DNA of 64,000 nt from Raillietiella orientalis (taxonomy: Eukaryota): positions 806,001 to 870,000 of the forward strand of contig JAYWIR010000040.1 in assembly GCA_036172245.1 (NCBI GenBank). Reading direction: 5' to 3'. The notes beneath the pieces were generated by a model that did not search any database, had not been told where the DNA came from, and saw nothing but the letters and a program-made list of their open reading frames with translations. A program made the translations under genes and the position numbers. Below are positions 42,601-56,100 of this stretch, one piece after another. The first letter of the stretch is position 1; each line of letters begins with the position of its first letter.

Positions 42601-45600
42601 CTGTCGAGGTGGGGAAAGGAGGGGGGGGGGAGCAGAAGTGAAGCAGCTTTTCTTCGCCGAGGCCTTTCTCGCGGGAGCGGAATGTCGAAGACCGGGGAGG
42701 AGGATCCGACTCTGGGAATGTACCTCACGAACTCGGCAGTGCCCTTTTCGCCTCCCTCCCTTCGACTTCCGCTGTCGGGTGCAGGGAGAGGTCGGAAGCG
42801 GAAGTTGACCCAGGCGAGGAGCGGCCGCGCTCTTCCCCTACTTGGGGGGGAGGACCAGGAGTCGGGTCTCCCTTCCAGGCGGATCGGGAGATGAGGGAAG
42901 GCAACCATCTCCTCCCTTCATCCCGGAGCTGGGGGCACCATCTTCCGCTCTCGCGCATCAGCCGGAGCCTAGAGGCGGCTCCCATCCGCGGACGTTGTCG
43001 CTCTACGCGGCGTCGCCTCCTCCGCCTCCGAAACGGTCGCCACGGTTTCCGCAGGGACGTCCTCGCGTCCCCGAAATCCAGCGGCCGGCTCCTCAGCCTA
43101 TCCCCGCCCATCGGGCGACACCGCGGAATCGGGTTCGCGTCTCCCGCTAGGGTGCGGACCCGATGGAGGCGGCGTTCGAAATGAAAGGGTGAGGGCGCCT
43201 CGCGGGGGAAGGAGAGCTCGAGCGCGAGGAAATGCCTCCGGGCACGCGCGGGGCGAGGGAGAAAAAATCCCCAACGCGGGATGACGAGGGCAGGAACCTT
43301 GACCGAAGGGCACCGTGCCTCGTGCCGCGCGACCCGCCTTCCCATCAGGAAGAAGCGCGAGGGGAGGGGGTGCCGGGACGAGCTTGGGAGACGCGCGCGT
43401 GTTCGCCCCATTCTCCAGCGGGATGCCGGTCGCTCGCGCGTCATTCTTGTCTCCTATTTTCTCTCCCAGCCTCTTGGTCCCTCCAAGCCGGGAGTCTGGA
43501 TGGACCGTGGGGTCTAGGAGGAGGAGATCTTTCCCTTCCCCCCATTCTCCTCCTCCTTGTGGATCTCCGAGAGCGGCGCGCGGTGGGGGCGAACCGCCGG
43601 CCAGGTCGCTGCAGCACCACCGCACGGGCGGGGGGGAGGATCTCGCTGTCCCAGACAGCCTCGGTCTTCCCCCCCGCGAGGTCACTCGACTCTCGTAGGG
43701 AGTCCCCAGCATTCAGTCACATCCAGAGGGGAGGAGGCCAATGGGCGTGGGGCACTGGGCACACTGCCAAGTTGGCTCTGGTGCACGGCCTTCTGACGTA
43801 CCTGTTTCCCTTTCCTTCTTCCCCTTCTCTGAGGAGGAAGAGGGGTTTCCCGAAGGTCGCCCTGGAGTGCCGAGGGAGAAACGACTTCCCCTCTTCCCGC
43901 AGAAGCCACGCTCGCATAGGAGGGATTCAGGCGCAGGGGCGACCCGTTCGAACCGAAATCCCTTGACTCTGGGGGATAAGCGGGACACGCCCTAGCCTCC
44001 GCAGCGCCGGTCCTCAGGGGTCGTCGCCGTCGCCGAGGGAGCAGGTCGATGGGAGGTCACGTGATCCGCGCGCTCCCTTCGCAGGCGAGACGAGGCGGAG
44101 ATCGATAATTCCACGCGTACACCCAGCCTCCCGCGTCCGCGGGGATCAGCTCCTGGAGCTGCTCGGCGGCGGCGCTGCAGCTGCGGATGCCGCTGACGCT
44201 CGCCTTTCCAGGCAACCGCTCTCGTCCGTGGGCGTGCGTCTCCCTCCCTTTCGCCTTCTATTCACCCTTCCTGCTCTCCACCTCACCCTCCCCTCCCCCC
44301 TTCTGGCAGTTCATTAGAAGATTCTGCAGGGATGCACGCAGGGATCGCGGTGCGAAAACCAACAGTCACTCCTCGTCTGTTCCTAAAAGATGGGGTCGTT
44401 CCTCTCCCTCTCCCCCATCCCCTCCTCCCTTCTTCCCGAATGGCCGAGCAACAGACTGTCCTTTTAGCAGATTGGGAGAGGAGAGGGTGAGTGAAGAAGG
44501 AAGGGCGAAGTGGAGAGGACGAGTCGCGACCCGTCGGGACGACGGACTCGTGGATGGGCAGAGGGAGAGAGGGAGGGATGCGGAAGGCCGCATGGAGGTG
44601 GGGGAAGAGAGCGAGGGTGGGGAGGTCCTGAGCGGCCCCGCTGAGGCTGCATTGGGCAGCGAGGGCCTCCCGTCCTTCCTCCTCCTGCCCTCTCCTGCCA
44701 CCTCCGCTCCCGCGTCCCTCCGTGCTCGATCCCTCCCGGAGCTTCAGAGGCTAACCGAACCCGCGCATGCACCTTCTTCGCTGCCGCGGCACCCTGGAGG
44801 ATATATTTGGAGGAGAACGCGAGAGTGGGAAGAGGGGGGAGGGGGGGAGGAAAATGGGGAGAAGCGAATCGGCAGCAGCAGCGGCGGCGGCGGCGGTGGC
44901 TTTGTGTGCGCGAGCGGGAGGGGGGAGGGAGACGCAACGCGCGAGCGCGGTGGCTGCAGCACCTGGCGGGTCCCCCGAATATGCTCTTGCGCGCGCCGGA
45001 ACCACCGAAGGACAGGTGGAGCGTTGCCTCCCCCGCCGATTCCCAAAAAGGAGGGGGAGGGAAAAAGGAAACGCCGCTCTTGGGGCAGAAGGAGATGATG
45101 AGGCTGTTACCGTTTGCCCTGAGGCAACTGACGCCTGCTGCCCCCGCATCCTTCCCCTAACCCCCCCCCCCCCCCTCTCCCCATCTCCCTATCCTTTTCT
45201 TCCCCTTCCGTTCCTGGAGGAGACTGTCGGGGAAACAGTGCGCGACACTTCGCTCGATTTAAAGCGGCTGCACGGATGTCACGCATAGCCTCTCCTCCTC
45301 CTTTCCCCCCTCCCCATTCTCTCCTTTCCAGAGGAGAACCAGGCGCCCGCCGGGAACGAACTTTGACGCCCCCTGCGAGACTTTTCGCAGGAGGAACTCG
45401 GGAGGTTGCCCGGCCGACTGCGTCCAGCTTCCGCGGCGGAGGGAAGTCGTCGCCGTCTGTTCGGAAATGCAGCCCCCTCCCCTCCCCAGTTGGCTGCCGC
45501 GGAGGCGAGTAGGGCCTGCTAGGCTACGCGCGACGCATTTTCCGAAGAGCCGTGCTGCTGTCGTCGGCAGCGGCTGCGCCGGCGAGACGGGGTTGCTAGG

Positions 45601-45899
45601 CTACGCGCGTGACGCATTGTTGAAACAGTTGCGCCGTTACCGTCCGCGACTGCGGCAGCCGTGATACGCAGTTGGCCTGCCGCAAGAATTCGCCTTGCGC
45701 GATCGCGCTGGAAGTCGTCGCGCGGGACGGCACAATCGAGCGAGCGTGCGTGAGTTCGTGCCAGACCACCAGGCGAAGGAGGCTCCGAGGGAAAGGGGGA
45801 GGAGGGAGGGAATTGAATCAATAGTCTGACCCGCCTTTGCCGTTCTCCCCCTTCCTCCCCTTCCTTCCTCCAGACTGGAGACTGGCCGAACGTGCACTC

Positions 45900-46700
45900 C
45901 TCAAACGCGGACCCGATGGCCTCTCCTCGGCGTGAGATCCCGCGAAGAGTTTCGTGGGCACCTGAGATTTCTGAGAGCACCGTTCCCTTTTCTTTTGCAT
46001 CTGCTTCCTCACCTTCGTGGAGTTTTTACGCTCGCAGCAGTGCTCGATCCATTCACCTCTGCTCCGGCGGAAGTCGGACGAGAGGAGAACCGCAAGAGCC
46101 TCCAAGGATCTCGGTGAGCCTCCCTCGTGTGGGACTGCGCGCGTCTGCTGCTGTGTCGTCGGAGACTCCGCGAGAGTACGGAGTCGTAGGGTGGTAGCGT
46201 AGAAGAGGCGACTGCGCGTGCACTCGTCGGGGCAGCAGCAAGAAAGTAGTGGGGAGTCTTTGGCTTCCTTGTCGCCGCACTCCTCCCCTGCTTTTCCTGC
46301 TTCTTTTTCTTCCTGCCAACAAAAGTTCTGTAAAGTGAAGACTCGAAGCCGCATCCTCCGCGAGACTGGAGATCGGCAGGAGACTCCTTGCTTCCACAAA
46401 AGGGAGAGGAGAGGGAAGTTTTCCGGGAAAGAAGAACGGATAAACACTCAACCGTGGCGGGAAGAGACGGCGTGATTCCGTCGTCTTCCACCTCTCTCTG
46501 GAGGTGGAGATCTGCGGCGAGGGGTGGAAGAAGAAATCTGGTCACTCCCTGTTCCTGAACCCTCGGCGAGCTAGCACATGCCTCCCGAAGAGTCGGGACG
46601 GGACCGCGAGGAGGGGGTGTACGAAGAGGAGACGGGGAAAAGGACATCGTCTCAGCCACCTCCACCCCTTAGACAAGAGGACCACGACTGCAGAGGCGCG
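45900..46700 (+). mobile_element. Decayed LINE RT fragment
   Basis: PRRVSW (FDRVSW, about 45950), SLQGSR (RQG, about 46105), STCLPKSRDG (about 46580); locally lower GC. Confidence 0.3.
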
Positions 46701-49499
46701 CCACCTGACGAACAGCGTCAACTGCCATCGCGCGGGGTCTTCAGAGGCGAGAAAGGATCGCTCGTTGCTCGGCAACGCTCTCCCTAGGCCTCAGCCGTCA
46801 GGGCAAGCGTGCCCGCTCCCCTGCTGCTCTCCTTTCAGGCACCCTGGAGAGAGCCTTTCGTGGAGCCTGCAGACCCTACTTCCTCTTCTCCTTCCTGTCC
46901 CCAGAGCCCCTTCCAACTTTTCAGTCCCTCCCTCGCATCCCTAAGATGATTCGGCTGCGCTCGACGAAAGAGCCATTCTCATGCTACGCCCCAAGGGGAT
47001 CTTTCATTGGGGTCACCAGTCCGATTCGGTCAAACCGAAAGCGGATCTCCCCCCTTCTTCTCTCATTCCTTCCCTATGGCCGCTCTTCCCTCCTAGCCTT
47101 GTTTCCCTCCCGACCCGCTCCAAATAGAGCTTCTCGCTTGCCTCACCGCTGGCTACTGACGCGTCCCCCAGCCCCTCTGCCCTCTGGGTACCCGTGGAAC
47201 GTCTCCAGACTAGAAAGGGGGAGGGCCTGGGAGAGCCCACTGCTGATGTTGATGCGCGAGGCGGAGGGATGGGTCGCCGACGCGGCTGGGATCTCAGACG
47301 GGCACGTGGCGTTCCCGTTCCAAAGCCCTGTCGTCGGCCCCCCAATCCGGACCGCTCTGGTTTTCACGCGAGGAGGCAGGAGTTGGGGAGAGGAGAAGTG
47401 GGGGGGGGGGGGGGAACATCTCACCCCGTCCTTCACTCCGCCCCTTCCCTAGTCCGGTCCACCCGGAAGGCGCGCGCATCCTCCCTGCTCGGGGTGTTGC
47501 CGAGGAGGGACCCTGCTCGCGGGAGGGCAGGGCCGTTCAGCGGCCACCGACCAGAGAAGGCACTCGGGAAGCACCGGGACTTCTCGCCCCGCGGTCTTCT
47601 TTCCCTTCTCCCAGCGCGCACCTCTCACCTTCACTCTCTCTCCTTCCTTCCTTTGGAAGCGCGTGCGTCGCTCCTGCCAACCCGAATCTTCCCTCTTCCT
47701 CCGTTCCCCCTTCTTCCGGGAAGCCCTCTAAACGCGCCCATGCCAGAGCAGTCCCCACGCGCGCACCTTATTCCTTCTTCCCTAGCCAAGAGGAGAGGAG
47801 GAAGCGGGGGGAGGGAGGGTCCACCGGGAAAGGCACACCGCAGGCTTCCTCTTCCCGGAATGGAACGGCTGTCTCGGTGTGGCGCCTCTTCCCCTCGGCC
47901 GTCCCTTGGGGTGGTCTCCTGGGAAGATACTCTCTGCAGCGGAGGATCTTCTCCCTCCCCCTCTCCTCTTCCTTTCCCGCTCCTCGCCCCGCCTTCCGAA
48001 ACGTCCTCGGGGTTGTTCCTTAGCGTCGCCAGACCTCCTATCCCACCCCCACCCCCACCCCCACCTCACCCCACCCCACCCCGCTGAAGGACCGGAAAGA
48101 GGAAAACCTCGCGGCGACGATGCTGGCGGCGGAGGAACGTTTCCCCGGCAACCGAGCTCCTCGCGGACGGACGAGCGCCGTTCCAAGGACCGTTCCGAGG
48201 AACGTGCACTCGCGGGCGGGAGGGGCCGTTCCGAGCGAAACGCCGCGCTCCTTTCGAGGCCGTAGCGGCGCGCGCACGCGCGCGTGACGGCACTACGCCA
48301 TTTCCCCCGCCTGCCTCCTCCTCGCCTCCCGCTCTCCCCTCTTCGCGTGAGGAAGTTGCCGTCGCTTCAGGGCCTTGGGAGCGGCGCCGCGCGTGCTCTC
48401 CTCCCGTGTAGCCTCCCCCCAACCATTCTGTCCAGCCCCGTCCCTGGGAAGAAAAGCGTCCAGGGGTCGAGAACGCCTCTTCCCCTTCCTCGCTTCCGCG
48501 GCGGCCCTCGACCCCCTCTCTCAGGCACTACGCGCGTGCACAGACACCGCTGCAGAGCCCCGCGCGTCCTCTTAGCAAAAACGGAAGAGGGCAGCCAAAG
48601 GGCAGGAAGGGGCAGGGAAAGGGAGCCCGGACTTACCTCTTCCTCCCTCCAGGGTGCCTACTGGACCAGAAGTGCGCTTCCTGGACCCCCAGGCGATGAT
48701 CGCGCTCGTCGGGAAGCTCAGGAAAAGCAGCGGCGCGACTCAACCCGTTGCTCACGGCAACGGGTATCGGCGCGGCCGGCTCCCGTGGGAACCAGGGGAG
48801 TCAGCCCGGAGTGGCGGACGCCTCCGTAGGTAGGGGAGAGGAGAAGGCCGCCAGCCTCGAGTCGAGCGTCCGTGGCGGGACGTCGAACTCCGAGCCACTT
48901 CCTCGTCCCAGCCCCTATCGCGCGCCCCCCAAGCCTTACTTTATTCCCTGAGGTGGCGGGTTCGCCGCTGCTCCTCGGAGCAAGGCGAAAAAGGCTGTAG
49001 GTGGAGGAGGAGCAGCCAATGTGGCGCCACTGCCCGAGGCCCTAGCCGCCGCCGCCGGGAGGGCCAGCGAGGCGGAGGAGGGAAGCGTGGGCGTGGCGCT
49101 CCCTTCCTGCTCCCGATCTCCCCGCGCCCCTCCCCTCCCCAGACGGGATGTCCCCTACCGCCGCTGCTCCACGTCCGCCGGACCCCGAAGGGACGCAGCG
49201 AAATACCCCTCCTTCGTGGCGTGCTCAAGCGGAGGCGCCGCGTCATTCACTGGGTGTCCCCACATCATTCCCTGCGTCCCTCCCAAACAACTGCAAGGCT
49301 CTCCGAGAGCTGCGCTACCCCTAGGCAGAGAAGGATGCGCGATGCTCCTTGCGAGCCTCCCCAACCTCACGCCTCTTATCCGCACACCAGACTCCCGTCA
49401 CCTCCTGCAGGGATGCTGCTCATCCAGGCTTTTCGCTATCCCAAGGACTCTTCCGGGATCCTGCCTGCGGGCGTCTCTTCCCTTCGGGGCACGAAGGGA

Positions 49500-51000
49500 C
49501 GTCTCTCACCCTGCCACCCTTCTCGCGGGCACCCGTCCCAGAAGGCGCTTTCTCCCTCCCATTCCTTCCGGGGCTTTCCCGGGACACCCGATCTGGAAGG
49601 TGTTCATCGATCGAATGTCTCAGATACGCCCCCTCCGGCCCCGGGTCGCGAACCCCTGGAACCAGCGAGAAGAAGCAAGGAGCTCTGGGCGATTCCTGAA
49701 GGTCCTCCCGGGAAAAGGGAAGAGCGATGGGGAGCAGCCGGACTTTCCCGACAGCTGGATGAGGATCGGGTCGTGGTGGAGCGCGTCACGGGAGCTTCCC
49801 GGAAGACTCGTCGGCAGGGATGGAGGGGGGATGCGAGGGCACCGTCTAAGGGCCGGAGACGGTACTGCGGCTAATCGGATGCTCCGGGGAGGGGGAGCGA
49901 GGGGGATCCCGCCTGGGAAGAAGGCCTTCCTTCTTCCGGAAGTCCCGAGGAAGGGCGCTCCTTGCTCGCGGGGGGAGTGTCGCTCCCCTACATTTCTCTG
50001 CCAGAACGCGGCGCCCCGGCGGCAGCTTCTGGGATGGGGAAAGAGGGTAGGGGGGCCAGGGAGTGTCTTGTCCATGACTCGAACGGGTCATGCGGGGGCG
50101 CTTAGAGCCAGCGTGCTGCGTGGGACCCCGAAATCTCTCCCCCGCCGGCCGCGAACCTGAGGCGACGACGCGTCCCTCCTTCCTCCTAACCAACCCCGAT
50201 CCCCCTCCCTTTCCGCCGCCTGGCAGGGTCCCTGGAGTCCTGGCGGTTCGCTCCGCGAGGTTCGTCCTGTGCACTCGGAGTCCCATCGCTCCCCGGACTC
50301 TTCACGACGGCGCGCACCTCTCGCCTCCCGCCGCCTCCCTTCGGAAGACTTCGCTATCCCGTCTCCAGTTGTCCTGCCCAGTTGTCCAGCCCCCCAGAGG
50401 GGCTGGGAAAAGGAAGGGGAAACTCCCTGGTCCAGGACGTCGCGGGTTCGCGCGCGGTGACGAGGGGATCTTAAGGAGGTCAGGGAGGGCTGCGCCCTTT
50501 TCGCCCAGGGGGAAAGCGGGCCGCTCCCAGAGATTCCGGCTATGGAGTCTCCCGAAGTTATGCAGTCCCGTCTTCCTCACGAAGGGAGGAGGAGGATGGG
50601 GAGCTCCCGGGCGAGGGGAAGAGCCGGCTTCCCTACGCCCGTTTCCCCAAGAGGGCAGGTTCGTCCCTCCGCCGGCGCCGCCGTTTCGAGACAGAGGGCC
50701 TCCTTCGGCTGGGAGGGGCCACCTTTCCACGGTCCCTTCTCTTCCCCTTCAGCATCCCAAAGGGCCCTGTTTGCCAAAATCTCTGGGCGGCTTTGGCGGC
50801 TGGAAGCCGGGCCCTCCATTTCACCCCGCTTTTCTCAGAGGACTCGAAAGGCCACGATGGTTCCGGGAAGGGGACTACCCACCCCGCCGCGATGACCCCC
50901 TCGGAGGGTTCCTACGGAGGGAGCATCCATCCCACCCCGTGCTCGCTAAAGGGAAGCTTCAAGAAGTTCCCGCCGAGGGCCGCTCAGAGTTCCCCCCTCT
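49500..51000 (+). mobile_element. Decayed L1/Tx1 RT and post-RT region
   Basis: VLPGKG (LIPKKG), DSWMRIG (NWRPIS), KKAF, FGWEG (50704-50718) and CLPKSLGGFG (LPKxxGGLG, 50768-50797) occur in the expected order. Confidence 0.55.
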
Positions 51001-52989
51001 GCAGGGATAGGGGCAGCAGGGACAAGGGTTCTGCTCATGCGAGCACCTCCGTGGAAAGGGCAGAAGGAGTGGGTGCTTCGACAGGACACTCTCCCCTGCT
51101 TCCCTGGCCCGGATATCCCGGCCCTCTTTCCACCTCTGTCAGAGCTGCTTTTTTACAAAGCCCTTGATACCCCCTCCCCCTTCCTGGATGCCGACCGTCT
51201 CCCGGCCGTCCGAAGGGGACGGGTATTCCACTCACAGCCTCTACTCGCCGCCCTCGGAAGGCAGAGAAGATGCCCCGGGTCCTCTCTCTGCCTTTCCTTT
51301 CCCAGCAGACTCAAGATGGGGGGGAGAGCGGGCAGGCACCCTTCTCCCGGAGTTGGAGTTCGGGAGGAGCGGAAGGAGGTGGGCGGCGCCGGAGGGAGCG
51401 GAGAGCTCTCCTGGGCTTTCCTTTCCTCGCTTCTGTGTGGGAAGGAAGGAAGGGAAAATTCCTCTCGGGGAAGCGCATGCATTGCAGGACTCTTGGAAGA
51501 CACGGCTGGATCGATCGATCGTTCCCCCTCCCTTCCTCTTCCCTCGCTTCCTCTCTCCCTCCCTCCCTGCGTGCGTGTTTTTTTTCTTCCCCCTCCCCCC
51601 GTTCCTTCCTGTCGCCCTCCCCCTCCTTTGGGCTGTGTTCCCGGTAGTCGGAACCACGCGAGCCATCCCAGCCGGCGCCGCCTCGGGAAATCAATTTCCC
51701 GCCTGGATTACCCCAAGCTGTCGCCGTTCCGAAGTCAATTAGGAAGGGACTGCTTTCCTGCGGACGTCTCCGTGTGCCGGGAGAGGGGAGAGGACAGGGA
51801 GGGGGCAGGTCGCAGCTCCTCGATGATGGGGCGTCCCTCGGGATGCAACGGCTTCCCACGGGGGGATTCCCCTTGGCATCCAGGGAGGGCACACCTCCGC
51901 GGACGCCCTCCTCCCACCGCTTGCATTCATGAGGAAAGGATGGGCAGTAGTGGGAAAGGGAGCAGACTACACCAGGGCGGAAAGGGGACTAGCGAGTTGC
52001 CGGTGGCGGGGTCGGGCGGCCCCTGACTCCGGCAGCAGAGGGCGTCCTGGTTTGGACAGAGGGGAAGCAGTTTCCAGACGACCGTAGCCGCGGGAGAGAA
52101 GACTGGGGATGGTGAGCACATCCATCGTCGCCCGCGCGGGGAGTCCAGAGCTTCCCGAGCTCTCCCGCCGGTCTCCTGAGTCCCTTAGGAAAGCGGTGAG
52201 AAATTCCCTGAATGAAGAGGGAGGGAGGGAGATGAACCGGCAAGGAGCGCCGTCGCCCCTTGGCGAGGCATCCCACGGGTCTCCGCCGACGGCTTCCAGG
52301 ATGCCTGGCTCCGCGAGCGCTGCCGAAACGCATCTCTTCCGGCAGACGGCGGTTGCCCACCTCTCCCCCTTCTCCGACTCAGGCGGCCCGTCATCTCACA
52401 TGAGCGCGCGAGCTCCTCTCCCTTGGCCCTCCCCCCTCTTTTCCAGGTTCGACGCTGGGGCTACATTCCTCACTCCCGGCTGCAACATCAGCTCGTCCAT
52501 TCTTCTCGCATGGACGTGGGGGATGGGGCGTGCATGCTGGGTGCCTCCGCTCGATGCGGCAGCAGGCGAGTGATCGCAGTGCTGCCTTACGGCGTCTAGA
52601 GGGCGGAGGACAGTTGGCGGTGGGGGATAACCAGGAAGCCCGCCGAAGGAGAGTGGGTCATGTCGGGGATGGGTTCGGAAGTCTCTTGCGGGAGCGAAGG
52701 AGCTCAGCGCGGGACGGAAGACGCGACAAGAAGAGCATTTCCCGGTGCCCGAAGGGCAACCACTCTGCGTAAGGCGCGCGCGCGCGCGCGCCTTCTACTG
52801 GGTCACTCCAACAGAAGACTCCTCCAGGAGTAGGAGGTGACCCCACTTCCCGAGAAGAGACGCCCGGAAAGCTTCGCGAGGGAGGACTCACCTGAGGGAT
52901 ACAAGCAGGGAGGGAGGGGAAGACGACGTGGACGTCCGAAAGGGGCGCCCAGCCTCTTCCGCGATGGGGCTTCGTGCTTCCCTTCCCTT

Positions 52990-53180
52990 CCCTTCAGCCG
53001 CAAGAGGAAGGGAAGGGGTTGCGGAACGGTGGCCCCTCCTCCACCTCTCCCAACCGAAGGAGGCCCCCCGTTTCGGAAACGGCGGAGGGACGAACTTGCC
53101 CTCTTGGGGCAGCGGGCGCAAGGAATCCGCCTCTTTCCCTCTCCTGGGAGCATCCCTTCACCCTCCTCCCTTCCCTGGGT
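52990..53180 (-). mobile_element. LINE post-RT fragment, inverted homologue of 50575-50750
   Basis: PQEGKFVPPP...ASFGWE vs PQEGRFVPPP...ASFGWE; clear nucleotide similarity in reverse complement. Confidence 0.55.
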
Positions 53181-56100
53181 GCAGGAGAGCTGATGGCTGG
53201 CCTCTCCTGGGACAGGAATGCAAGGAAAAGCAGAGAGCAGTCGGGATCAGCCATGCTAAGCGCCCGCGATGGGGTTCAGGTGGATCGCCTCCATGGCCTC
53301 TCACCGCGCCCTCGCCGAGCGACGAGGGTGTGTCTCCCTGGCGGCGGCTAGGAGGGGGGGAGTGCCCTGGACGCGACTCGAAAGGCTCAGAACGGCGGAG
53401 GCCGCTCTCAGCCAACCAGTTCCCCTCCGGAGCGTCGAGGGACTCGCCCTTTAGCTGCCTTCTCCCACATTTCGTTTCGGAAGCGCTTCGGTCCCTCCCC
53501 TTGCATCCTTCCGCGCGCGCCAGCGGGCGGCGTCTTCCCCCCTCCCCTCTAGGCCGGGCCTTCTATCAGATGAAGGAGTCGGCGGCACGGTCGGGCCGGT
53601 CGCCCCGGAAACGAGTGCGCGCGCGCTGGCTTCCGGGGGGAAGAAAACGCCGTGCCCTCCTCTGGCGGTGCGGCCTTCGCGCCCTTGCAACTGAAGGGGC
53701 CGGGAGGAATCGCAGGGATGAGAAGCCGGGGAGTGCTCCGTGGGTTCAGGGAGCGTCTCCCCGTGACAACTCCCAGAGATGATGGAGGGCGGAGCGACCC
53801 CCACCCCTCCCATTCCTTCCCCCACGCGCGGGAACTCAGGCAGGCTGTCGAGTTGTGATCCCAGGAGGGCAGGGAGGCGGGGTATCCGGAGTGCAGCCAT
53901 GGCAATTCCCGGTTCCATCTCGAGCTCTGCTCGTCGGCAGCGACGAGAACTCCTCGCCACCCTCCCTTTCCTCCTCCCACCTGCACCTCCCGGGAAAACG
54001 CTCTCTCTCTCCCCCCCCTCCCTGCCTTTCATCCCTCCCGGTCGGGTGCTCCGCCCGTTTCCTGCCTCGCGCGCGCCTCGTCTTCTCCCGAAAGGGCCCC
54101 TCCCCTCGCTCGCTTAGGCTCCGTCCGGAAGAGGGCGTCCCGCCGCGACCGATCGTCGGACGGGACGCTCTTCCGGGACGCGCGCCTCGAGCGGCCTATC
54201 CGCCGCAGCATCGGGAGGATGTTGCGAGTGCATGGACTACGAGCGCGCACCACGCCCTCCGCTTCCTCCCCTCGCAGCCTCCCTCTGCACGCGGAAACCT
54301 CTCGGGAGAAGAGGGAAGGATTTTCTCCTGTCCGCGGTCCATTTGGGTCCGGGAGCGGTAGAGGAGGCTGCAGCGTCTTTGCTCCTCGTTCGGAACGCCT
54401 CTCCGAGCTCGGCTGCCCGAGACGGCGGCGGAAACGTCGAGAGCGCTTTCCGCGCGGCGGCGGCGCCGTCGCCAGGGAGAGGCGCGAGGCGATCCGTCTT
54501 CTCCCCTACCTCATCCTGAAGACCAAAAAGGAAGAAAAAATAAAAGGAAGGAAGAGCAAAAGGAGGGAAGAAACAGGAACTTTTTTTTCTTCCTGCCGCA
54601 CCCTGCGTTCCACCCTTCCTTCCGTCCCCGTCGCTTCCGAGTCGCTCGGGCCGGGTGGGTGATGGTCACTGGACATTTCCGAGCAGCAGGGCTGCCATGT
54701 CGCACCATACTGCGGAGGCGACGATGCCCCTCCCTTCCCCCTTCTCTTTTCCTTTCCCAAGGCCCGGACCTGCCCTGCGGCAGCCACCTCGCGCGAGGTA
54801 AGCGGGAAGCGTCACTGCGCCCCTTGCCTACATGGTGGCGCGGCCGGAGACGCGATGAGCCGCAGAGGCTCCAAGGCAACGTTCCGAAGGAAGGAGAGGA
54901 GAGGAGGAGGGGCGACGAAGACGAGAAGGCTAGGGAGTTTCGCGGGGAAGGGCCTCCGGGAGGTCAGAGAAAATGGGGAGGATGTCTCCAGGAAACCGTT
55001 CCCGCGCTGCGTGGCAAGCAGCTTCTTACCCTCGGTTTGGGCGTTCCTGAGCGATCCCGAGAACGAGTGACCAAGCAGACTCTCTCCCCTCCCTCCAAAA
55101 GGGCAGCCTCGTGGGACGGAAAAAGGAGGGGTCCCCACCCCTCCTCCTGTGTCCTTGGCGAGGCGAGGGGAGAGCAATGGGACGTCGTTCCCTCCCTCCG
55201 AAGAGCACCCAGCAGCAGGCGCCATCCGAGTTTCCTTTCCCTCCCCCCGCCTCCTCCCGCGTGGGCGCCGAAAACAAATTGCGCTCTGGCGGCGACAGAT
55301 GCGGCCGCCGTTGCTGCGGAGGAGCGCCGACGATGCTCCCGGATCCTCCCGGATCAATGCATCGTGAGCGGGATCGGCGGGACGGGAGCAAGCTCTATCA
55401 GCCTCGTGATGTCGCGGGGGGAGCGCCGGGAGCCCGTTATGCCAATCGGTTCCCCTCTGCCTTTCTTCCCTCGCCGAGCGGGGAGGAGGGGGAGGGAGGG
55501 AGGGACGGGTGCGCCTGCAAGGATCTGCGAGCGGGGAGAGGCGAGAGGGGCGCTCACACGCCACCCCGCGTCCCCAATCAGGTCGAGCGATCGCGAGGGA
55601 GCGCTCCCGAAAGTGCTGCTGTCAGCAGCTCCCTTTCCCTCCCTTCTTCCTTCCTTTTTCCCTCCACTCGATCCTTATCCCGAAAGGAGGGAGGATGAGG
55701 AGGGGGGAGAGAAAGAGAGGGAAGGGGAAAGCGTGAGGAGGGTCGGAAGTGGGGGAGGGAGGCGGAACGGCCCCGCTTTTTTTTTTTTTTCTACCTCTCC
55801 CCCAGAATTCCTTGGCAACCCACGTTCGGGACCGTCGGAGCTCCCTGATGCTTGGAAAGAAGACGGGGGTGGCGGGGATTCGAGTGGAGGGGACAGGCCT
55901 CTGGCATCTACAAGGTCACTCTCGCGTCCGTACTCGGACCCAAGGAGCGGGGCAGGGGGCAGGAGGCGGGGAAGCTGCTGCGAACCTCCTTTGGGGAACC
56001 ATGGTAATGGAGTCGCCACTCGTCTGACCCGCTTCCAGAGCTTCATAAGCTCAGCGTCCTACCCTGGAATACCCTCCTCCACCGAGCTGACTTTCTCCTC

